Part shown: positions 53,857 through 64,000 of the stretch, in pieces
How positions within the stretch are numbered: the first letter of the stretch is position 1
Layout: each line of letters starts with the position of its first letter
Assembly (NCBI GenBank): GCA_009914755.4
Contig: CP068257.2
Coordinates: forward strand, 33,920,001 to 33,984,000
DNA from: the human T2T-CHM13v2.0 reference genome, Homo sapiens
Length of the DNA: 64,000 nt
Direction of reading: 5' to 3'
Translations under genes and position numbers: made by a program
The notes under the pieces: model-generated
The model's database searches: none
What the model saw: only the letters and a program-made list of their open reading frames with translations
Told to the model about the DNA's origin: nothing

Positions 53857-56800
53857 TATATAGAGAGAGAGAGAAATATAGATAGGCATTTTTCAGCTAT
53901 AACCTTATCCAGCCTCTTTACCTAGTATGAATTATAATAATTATAGTAACCATTTCATTAATACTGAGCAGTAAGTGGAACAGATCCCACTAGAAAAAAA
54001 CTAAAAGAGAAGAAGACCAAAATTATACATTATAATGGCATCATTTCAGGAGCATCTGTAAGGAATAAGCCATTCACTAATGAGCATAAACCATATTTAT
54101 ACATTAATTCTCATCTTCAATGCACTGTTCTATTTTTTCTTTCAATATTTTATTTTTCCCTGGTCTTCCTTTACTCCTCAGCAGGACTCACTGGAAAAGG
54201 CATGTTCTTTGCTAAAACAAGGTCAATAATATTGTCATTTTCAACTGTGCTATCATTTTCACAGGTCCAAGTTGAAATGAAATCAATTATGAGAACAAAT
54301 AGCATAGTTCTATCACTAATGAATGGATTTAGCATTGTTTCCCATATTCCTACCACTTAAAATGGAAGAAACAGAGCAAATGTGGTGTACAGAAAGCTCA
54401 AATAGTCCATGCTAATGGTGGAAATGCTTAAGTATCATCTGTATACAGCTAATATAAACCAAAGTGGTTTATTGCCACGGTTTTGTGATTTATGACCCAC
54501 ATTATGACTTTATTTTGAAATGGTTGCATGAAATATTAATGTGTGGTGAAAGAACACACAACAAGGAGTAGAGATCACATTTTATCAGATGTACGGGTGC
54601 TCAGTGATTTCTTCCTCATAAGACACTGAGCTCCAATCTCAGGATCCTATTTGTTCCCTTACTGTAATCAGCCCCTCATAATCAAACTTTCCAAGGTGAG
54701 GCAGCTCTACTTTTGCTCCTAGATTATAGGTTATGTACCGTTAATTTTTAAAAGGATGGAATAGTTTATAACAAATGTGAATAATTTATAGCAAATGTTC
54801 TCAGCATTGATTAGTGTCCTTTTGAAAAAGAACGTCTTCTTGATATGCATCATTTCTCTAATGCCTTATGAAAAGTCAGAAAACCTGTTACTGCACTGCT
54901 TAATGGACAAATCAAGTTTAATTTTAATCATATATAATATGAAAGATAAGTCCCTATGTTTTTCCCTGTTTGGAATTTGCCAGGCATTAACACTAAGCAT
55001 TAGCTCAAAGCAATCTAAAGAGAAGTTAACAATAGGAGAGTTGCCTCTCCTTTGAAATTTACATTTTATCCGGGTTCTACAACTCTTGGATCTATGGTTT
55101 CTACAGTTGTTTACTGTGCTGCCTCTTAGGTCATTCCTCACCCCACTTCGCAAAGCTCCAATCTGGGGCCTTGTTTAAGTAACAGATTCTACAACAACAA
55201 CTTTACTGCACAGTAAATCAATTTACACTGAGTTCCTAACTTCATTTTAATTTGATCAACTATATCTGATGCATAAAAAACAGAATATCTTTTTGAATCA
55301 TCATGAAAGTTGTTTGATTTCTATTGTATTGAAGTCCCCAATCATAATTTTATTCTACTCTTATGTATTTTTAAATGTCAATTGCTATAAATAAAAATAA
55401 CATAAAATAATAGCTAATACTGCACTTTCTATGTGCATGATGTACACTGTCTAAGAGCTTTGCATATATTAACTTACTGTATTCTCTCAATAACCTGGAA
55501 ATAAGTACTGTTCTAATGCTTATTATACAAAGAGGAAACTGACGCACAGAATTGGTAAGCAACTTGCCCTGGTAACACCACCAGTAGCTGCAGAGCTGGA
55601 ATGAAGAACTGAGCTGGCTTGCCTTCAGAGTCCATGCTCTAACCACTATACTACCATTTCTATTGTCCTTTGCCCAGAAACATTTGGTTTCAAAGTTCTT
55701 TGTAAAAAAAAAAAACAGAAAATGATAAAGATCTTATGATTTGGGATTGCAGGATACAAACCTAACTTTACAAAGATCCAGTGTTAATAATAGATGTGTC
55801 CTTCAATATCTATGGTCATCCAAATGGCAGAATGGCTCCTTCCATTCTCTGCAAGGGCTCCCTGAAGCAAATCCCCCTCCAAAATCCTCCCAGAATAGTA
55901 AAATGCAAAGCAAAGAGTACTTTGGTCAAGAAGAGCTTGCATATAATTCCAAACTAAACCACTTCCTACCTGGGTAATCCAGGGACTGTTATTGAACCTC
56001 TCTGAGCCAAGATTTTTATTTCCAAACTGAGATAATAACACTCACCAGTAGTACAGTTGTAATCATTAGAGATAATGTTTGTAAAGTGTTTGGCATCAAG
56101 TAGGCTTTCACTATGATATATAATAGCTGTTACCACTGTTTTTGTTCTATCATTGTTATTCTTTCTGCAAGCCTATCCTCGGAATGAGTCACTGCATGAA
56201 TGCAGGGAACGCAGCCTTTGGTAACATTAACCCTTAAGATCTTTAGCTAACTCCCCTTCCCCTTTCTAGGAGCACTCAAACTTTTCTTAGAATGTATTGA
56301 GTTAAATCCATATGCATTCTTAACCTCAAACAGCCAATGAGGAAATCTAGACTAGAGACACTGAAAATGCAGGGGAGGGTGTGACGGTTCCACATAAATA
56401 TCACTGCTAAGGAAAAGTCCTTTCAGGGAAAACACCTCACTCTCACCTGTGTGGTTCGATTGTAAATACCTGACCTCCAGGATTCCTTGTCTGTTAATGA
56501 TGAGTCTGTTCTTACTTGGGTAACGGCTTCACTGAAGAAACAGAACAAAAAGCAGGTAGGAAAGAACACAAGAATCCCTATGATTTGGGAAAAGATGACA
56601 AAGGGAAACAGACATGAGAGAGAAAGGAAGAAAGAAGAGAGAGGGAGAAAAACTGTCTTCCAGAGAGAAAGCAAATCGATAGTAGACACTCTGTGGGGAA
56701 TAACTGTGGTAGAAATAGAATGGAAACTGAGCCAGGGTCATTTATTGTTTTGTGCATTCTGTTATAGGAAAGAGCATGAATAACAAAGAAATCTGTCCAC

Positions 56801-57076
56801 AGACATGGAACACCCCCACGACAGAACAGGCCATTTCCAATGCTATGGGTTTGTTTTTTTTTTCTATTTTTACTTTCTAAAATGAAATAGCACAATACAT
56901 TCTAATGGCTGCTTAGGTTTGTAGCTTAGTTGTCACTGGACAAGAGGAGGAGGTCTAACTGCTCCTCCCAACCTCACCGGAGGTGGATGAAAATGCAGCC
57001 CTTTCTCTGCCTAAAGGCATCATTCTCAAATATGTGATTTTTAAAGTTGCCTCTATCTCCTAAGATACACTCATGA

Positions 57077-57568
<492 letters not shown>

Positions 57569-58086
57569 TAATCTTCCCCTGAGTACAGCTCAGAACCCAA
57601 CCCCTATGACAGGACTTCAGTCTAGCACCCTGCATCTCTCCTTTCAATGACCCAATTGCCTGGCTGAAATGAGTAAATGCCATAGGAATGAGATCTATAT
57701 CAATAACTATCAACGTATGCTCTATATTAAACATTCTTAAAAGCCAAAAGGACTATTTTGTAGGGGCTACCACACTAATTAGAAGGCAAGCTCTTTTTAA
57801 ATACAACCGCTCATGTATACTAAACACAATCACTCTCGAATACTGTTACACATACTGTGGTTCTAGTGTTGTTGACAAGTAGATTATTAAGTAAACCAGT
57901 TGATTCATGGATTACCCACGCACATTAAAAAGCGGAATTTGGCAAATGTAAACAAGCTATTTGGGCTTATCAAAGCTATGTTTAGACTATTGCTTTTTGG
58001 TTATTAAAAAAAGAAATTCTCTTTGTAACAATTGTGAATGGAAGTTCATTCATGATTTTGGCTCTCTGCTTGTCTATTGTTGGTAG

Positions 58087-58468
58087 AAAATGTGGTACAT
58101 ACATACCACGGAATACTATGCAGCCATGAAAAGGAACAAGATCATGTCCCATGGAACTGAAAGCCATCATCCTCAGCAAACTAACACAGGAACAGAAAAC
58201 CGAACACCGCGTTTTCTCACTCATAAGTGGGAGCTGAACAATGAGAACACAGGGAGGGAAACAACACACACTGGGGCCTGTTGGTGGGTGGGAGGAGAGA
58301 AAGCATCAGGATAAATAGCTAATGCATGCCGGGCTTAATACCTAGGTGATGGGTTGATAAGAGCAGCAAACCACCATGGCACACGTTTACCTATGTAACA
58401 AACCTGCACGTTTGCACATGTATCCCAGAACCTAAAAGAAAATAAAATTTAAAAAAAAGAAATTGACT
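58087..58468 (+). mobile_element. L1 3'-terminal fragment (5'-truncated) with A-rich tail
   Basis: aaaatgtggtacatacataccacggaatactatgcagccatgaaaaggaacaagatcatgtcccatggaactgaaagccatcatcctcagcaaactaacacaggaacagaaaaccgaacaccgcgttttctcactcataagtgggagctgaacaatgagaacac...tgtaacaaacctgcacgtttgcacatgtatcccagaacctaaaagaaaataaaatttaaaaaaaa. Confidence 0.9.
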
Positions 58469-60300
58469 TTTGTAGAAGAGAAGAGTTCCCAGGATATTTG
58501 GAATATCATGCATTCCAGACTCTGAAAGGAATTATAAGTTCCAGTTTCAACCAAAATTTTTTCCCTCAATAGTTAATTTCAAAAAAAGAAAAAGGTAAGA
58601 TGTGTATGCCATTCTCATGAGAAGAAAACAAGACCTAAAACAAACAAACAAAAAAACCAGTCTAGGCCCTAAACCTTATATGAAGATAAAGAAAGGTCAT
58701 CCTCAATTTCAATTTACTTTATATATTCTTTGAGAGGTAACCGTGTCTTATCTCCCCCCAAAATTCCTTTTAAAAGGAAATTTCCAAAGATGCTCTATTC
58801 TGTGAATAAAGCATTGTGCCACAGCCGAGAGGATCCAGCAATGAACATGAGATTGCCCTTGATTCATAAGGTCTACAAGCTAGTAAGGATAGAGAACACT
58901 TTAAAATAAAAAAAAATAGTTTTTGGTATATTTATATTGTATATTTGGTATAATTGAGTTTTCTACATTCTCATATATGTATTTCATATTTTGAAGAATA
59001 TGCAGAAAATAATCAAGCTTCCAAATAAACATTTTTTTTTAAGAACTGCACAAGTGAGAATTTAGGAGAATAGAAGATCAGAGGGCTGCACGGGCTAAAC
59101 TAGACAATGAGCCCATGCAAGTAAGTTAAGAGGAGAAGCGGGTAAGTATGCACCTGCTTTGTCTAGGAGACCAGCAAGCATTTAGTAATAGTCTTTTCAA
59201 AACAACAGCTCCTTATATTGTCAAATCTCAAGAAGTAATATTTATGGTTAAAAAAATCTCAGACCCAACAGAAAATCCATGAGGGAGATGGTTTTGGAAA
59301 CGCAGAATTTTCAGCTATGATATCCTTTTATAAACAAGCAGATACTTTCCCCAAATATAATTCAATGCCTCAGTCTACCTCCTGCTGAAACCACTAACAC
59401 CACCACTAAAGCTCGACTATATGGGAAAATTTAGGGGTCACTTTCAAAATATGTCCTAGCATAAAGGCAATTAAAAAATGTAAAGCACCAAAGATGCAAG
59501 AGAGACATAAATGAATAAAATATCTGGCACGAAAGTTTTCAAAAGCTTGGGAATCTGATTCAAAAAAAAATAAAATCAGCCAAGCAGTGTTAGTAAGTTA
59601 GCCAATCAGGTTTCAAGAAGGCAGAAAGACAAAATCAACATCACCAGCATTTGACACCGCTACTGGGGGAAAAAAGGGGGATGGAGTTCGTTTATGGCCT
59701 TTTTAAAAATGCCATTACTTGGACAAGAGTCATAACAGAGAAGCACTGCTTATTTCAGTTCTGTGAACTGTAAATATCAGAGCCAACACCCAGAAAAAGT
59801 TCACCATTAGCCAATTGGTTTTGCCTGGCCAATTGGAGATGGTAATAGGCCTGCTATGGATGACATTCTTTCTGATATAAGTTGTTTCTTGCTTTTTCTC
59901 CCTCTCTACTGTATGTCTTTAAATTCTTTATAACATTCCTTTCTCACTACTATTCAATTAGCTTTCAGATGAGTGAGGAGCACCTACACACCAAGATTGC
60001 CACTGTACCAAGTATCATCACAAGAGTTCACAACCAGCTGCTTAAAAGTAATTGGCATCATAATGTGCAGAAAAAAATACTTTTCTAATGGTTGCCTGGA
60101 AGATTTATATCACTAAAATGTAATTAAAAAGTAGATTTAGAAATATACTCAGCAACCAAAAAGATTAAATATTAATGTGAAGTGTAATTAATAAATTATA
60201 CATCTCTTGATTACTAATGGCTTATTGACTGTAAAAGCATAACATTATGGAATATTAGGGCAAACAAAGGCTTTTGGGGAATATTGTTCAGCTTCAAGGA

Positions 60301-60316
60301 TGCTGCTGCTGCTGCT
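60301..60316. repeat. (GCT)5 microsatellite
   Basis: Sequence tgctgctgctgctgct. Confidence 0.8.
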
Positions 60317-60758
60317 CTTGAATTTCCAGAAGAAATCCTGATTTTTGCAGAGAAAATAAAAATTTGCCTAATTATTTCCATTAACATTCTTTACTCATTC
60401 TATATGTCACTGAGTGTGTCGTTCTTTACAAAATGAAAACTTGGTAGTTTCCTGAATCCTTTTTTATTGCACTAAGACAATTTCTGCTGCATGTTCTACT
60501 GGCTATCCGGTTGAAATTAAGTTTTACATTTAAAAGTAGTTCTGAACCTCTTATACAAAAATAAGGTGTCTAATACCATTGGCAGTGACATCAGTACAGA
60601 TAAATATCTGGAATGAGGTGGGTGTGCGATGGGTAATGCCTGCAGGGCAATGCAGTCTGCAGAATAAGACAAAACCATGGATAGAGAGAGGGGGCTATCC
60701 AGACATCAATAAACATATGTAAACTGCAATCACCTCACACTCTCTTGAAAAATTTTCA

Positions 60759-61082
<324 letters not shown>

Positions 61083-61805
61083 TTATAGAAAGTGCCTTGG
61101 GGGTTATGTAGCCTACCAGCTTCATTTTATATAAGAATTTGGAATTCTCTTAGGCAACGCAGTCACATGACTTAAGATTTCAAGGATAGTCAATGGCAGA
61201 ATGGGAGCAATAGCTCAGGTTTCCTCACACTGATAGCAATAGGAAGCCAACAAATTCTTAGGCAGACAGGGATGGGTCCCTGGTGAAACTCGACCTTCAA
61301 GCCAAGGACAGTCTGAAGCCCTCAAACTACCAGTTCTGGACAGAGTCCACAGACTGCAGTGACAACTTCCATTCCCATTGGGTGCAATCAGCCCCTGATT
61401 GGTCCCAGGCCAAGGTTCCGGGCCAAGCCTTCCCTTCAGCCCCCAGTTTGTCCCAGGCCAAGCTTTCACTTCAGTCCCCGATTGCTTCTTTACACTATCG
61501 TACCACTTTCTGAATGAGACAGCCCTGGGAAAGGGCAGGAAAATGCCACACACAGAGCCCGGACACAGTGACTACACCTAAGTGAGTGCTCCGGGACTGT
61601 GGGCAAAGCACAGTCAGTCATCCTGAGTGAACATCCAGAAATAGGGACCTGATCAGTTTCTCCTCTTGCTTGAAGCCCGGGAGGTTCCCTTCTTGGAAGG
61701 TGTGGGGCTTGTAGAGAGGAAGTCACCTTTGTCTGAAGAGAAGATATCCCTTAATTGTGGTGCATATGGCCCCAGGTGCAACATGGTTAGGGGAGGGCAC
61801 ACAGC

Positions 61806-61995
61806 CTGGATTCCTGCCTCAGCCTAACCAGCACAGCCTCTGCATGATGCAGAGACAGGCAACAGGATTCTGGAGTCCCTCCTAATCTAGCCCTCTCCTC
61901 CCTCCTTGCAGCCTGGCTTCTGTGCCTGCTCCACAGGGCAGCCTAACCTGCACAGCCCGCCATCTGCATGATGCAGGGACAGGCAACAGGACTCT
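61806..61995. repeat. two diverged tandem copies of a ~70-100-bp unit (about 105-bp period)
   Basis: gcctggattcctgcctcagcctaaccagcacagcctctgcatgatgcagagacaggcaacaggattctgg (61806-61873) versus gcctggcttctgtgcctgctccacagggcagcctaacctgcacagcccgccatctgcatgatgcagggacaggcaacaggactctg (61910-61995). Confidence 0.6.
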
Positions 61996-62701
61996 GTCAT
62001 TTTGTTGCTTCTTTTCTTTGACCACCAATTCAGTAGCTGACAACAACAAAACCACCTGGAAACTATGTGGACAAATGAACACGGACTCCAAGTCTCCAAA
62101 ATACAAACTCATTTGCTCAACTCTAATAGAAATTGTATCACTGGAAATTACTTTTCTAATTATACATAATAACATAATCAACAAATCCTTATGACGCTAT
62201 ATTTCTGCAGGCAAACAATGTTCAATGTCACCAGCAAGACTACTTATTTAACAAGGAAATTTTTTTAACTGCTTAACAAATCATCAGTGGTTTAGAAATT
62301 TCATAAAATTTCTCATTTCAAAAACGAGAAAATTAAGGCCTTGCGGGGTTAAATCGTTATCAAGTAATCAGTCGGCTCACTGCCCAGTGTGGACACTGGC
62401 CAATATTATGGCACCAGCCTTTGAGAAAAGGAAACCTTTTTTTGAATCCATCTCCCTGACCTGGGGTTTGGGTTGGGTTTTATCAGCATAGGGTGACAGG
62501 CAAGTTCAATCTGATTGGATCCTGGATCCCATCATGGGGTATCTGTTCCTAAATCATTCCCTGATCCTCGGTCAGAGCGAGCGCTTAGGTTCCCGCTGCA
62601 GTTAAACACCTGGTTCATCTGGGCATACTAAGGTTATGACTTTCCACCTGGGAGTCCACGACAACTGAAAAAACTCAAAACTTCTTTAAGTAGAAGTTGA
62701 G

Positions 62702-63048
<347 letters not shown>

Positions 63049-63279
63049 AGCTTCAGGAACCTCGAGTACTGTGGGCAATTTAGAAAAAGAAAATGCCGTT
63101 TGAAATTCTGAATTTGCAAAGTACTATAAGAATAATTTATAGCAATGAGTTTAAAACTCAACTTTTTATTGCCTTCTCACCAGCTGCAAAGTGTTTTGTA
63201 CCAGTGAATTTTTGCAATAATGCAGTATGGTATATTTTTCAACTTTGAATAAAGAATACTTGAAATTGAAAAAAAAAAG
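63049..63279 (+). pseudogene. EZH2: EZH2 processed-pseudogene fragment, direct segment: EZH2 3'UTR (from ~45 nt after the stop) with AATAAA and poly(A), sense on +
   Basis: ttagcttcaggaacctcgagtactgtgggcaatttagaaaaagaaaatgccgtttgaaattctgaatttgcaaagtactataagaataatttatagcaatgagtttaaaactcaactttttattgccttctcaccagctgcaaagtgttttgtaccagtgaatttttgcaataatgcagtatggtatatttttcaactttgaataaagaatacttgaaattg(a)11 matches the recalled EZH2 3'UTR to its end. AATAAA lies at 63248-63253. The poly(A) at 63269-63279 runs into the TSD aagttgag(t/c)ctga, found at 63278-63290 and 62694-62706. Confidence 0.85.
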
Positions 63280-64000
63280 TTGAGTCTGATGGGTCTAGTG
63301 TGTTTATAAAATGACTTAAGATCCCACAGTTATTTTAAAGTAATACATTACTCAACTGGTATTCATTTTGATGCCATTATTTTATTTTATAAAACTAGTC
63401 ATCCTTGCAGAAGTGTATCTGCTTAACTCTTGACAACTACTTTGCCTATTTTATTAACAGCTGCATTTAACCCACGTGACAGGATAACTAATTTCTATTG
63501 TTTTTTTATTTTTGCCTCCTCCTTCCAAGATAGCAGTAGAGTACTGTGTTAAATCTTGCTTCAGAAGAGCTTGTTTAAAATAGTTATAAAGAAAGTAAAA
63601 TACATAGAAAAACACGTTATAATTTTAAATTAAAAAAGAAAAAAGATGTCTACTCTGAATAAATTATGCATACACATAAGGTCTGAACAAAAACATGAAA
63701 AGATGGGCTCTGAGTATCAATTTTAAAAATCTTTACCAGTATAACATTACTCAAACAAAAATTAAAATTTAATATAATTAAGTACATATTCCAAGACAAC
63801 AAATGGACCTTGACTGTTAATTCTGGAAAAGATCCCAAATACTTTGACCAGTAGTGCCTAAAAGTATAAAATTTATCATGTGGCATTTTATCAGACATGC
63901 TGTGGTTATTTAATGAGACTCACTTTTGCAGTTTCTGTTGGTAACACAAACATTTTGGACTTTCATTGTTTACATCCACAATCCCTTATGACAACGTCAA

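Noticed and set aside
61395-61490. Short internal repetition gtcccaggccaag(g/c)tt.c...ttcag(c/t)cccc within the 112-aa minus-strand ORF region
   Set aside because: It is two degenerate ~45-bp tandem units. That is too short and diverged to be meaningful, and the overlapping ORF has no protein similarity.

Overview
This window is primate, almost certainly human, nuclear genomic DNA. It contains no prokaryotic operons, CRISPR arrays, rRNA or tRNA genes. Base composition is AT-rich (roughly 37-40% GC by eye), CpG is strongly depleted, and there is no CpG island. No open reading frame outside a repeat exceeds about 160 aa, and none resembles a known protein, with one exception at the right edge. 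There, a 90-aa minus-strand ORF (62756-63028) is about 93% identical to the C-terminal SET-domain end of human EZH2 (...[20 protein letters not shown]...[19 protein letters not shown]). It is contiguous across what are separate exons in the functional gene. It sits next to the EZH2 3'UTR in the opposite orientation, with an AATAAA signal, a poly(A) tail and a target-site duplication. I read this as a heavily 5'-truncated, twin-primed (partly inverted) processed pseudogene fragment of EZH2.

Most of the remaining recognisable sequence is interspersed repeats:
- Nine essentially full-length Alu elements. One is a near-consensus AluYb8 with its target-site duplication. Another is a young AluY with a perfect 17-bp duplication.
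- Additional Alu fragments.
- Three independent 5'-truncated L1 3' ends on the + strand.
- A very short old L1 3'-end insertion with internal inversion, palindromic filler and an 18-bp target-site duplication.
- A THE1/MST-type MaLR solo LTR.
- Three MIR elements.
- A MADE1 (Hsmar1-derived) MITE abutting a second palindromic MITE, which is itself interrupted by an Alu.
- A Tigger-family DNA transposon flanked by TA duplications.
- Several microsatellites and low-complexity tracts: (CT)n, CA-rich, (ATC)n, a 145-bp polypurine tract and (GCT)5.

Observations the repeats do not explain:
- A ~125-bp segment is present twice, exactly 4500 bp apart on the same strand. Each copy carries a textbook 3' splice site, a 31-nt exon-like unit and a consensus 5' splice site.
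- A ~120-bp local duplication whose second copy is flanked by hairpin-forming direct repeats.
- A 58-bp patch of templated filler inside the L1 insertion, copied from 1.4 kb downstream.
- Several AT-rich blocks with unusually retained CpGs and dense homeodomain-type TAAT/ATTA motifs, which look like conserved non-coding enhancers.

Overall this looks like a gene-poor intergenic or deep-intronic region, plausibly the chromosome 21 EZH2 pseudogene locus (inference, unverified). I find no candidate for a novel biological system in the sense of a gene cluster.
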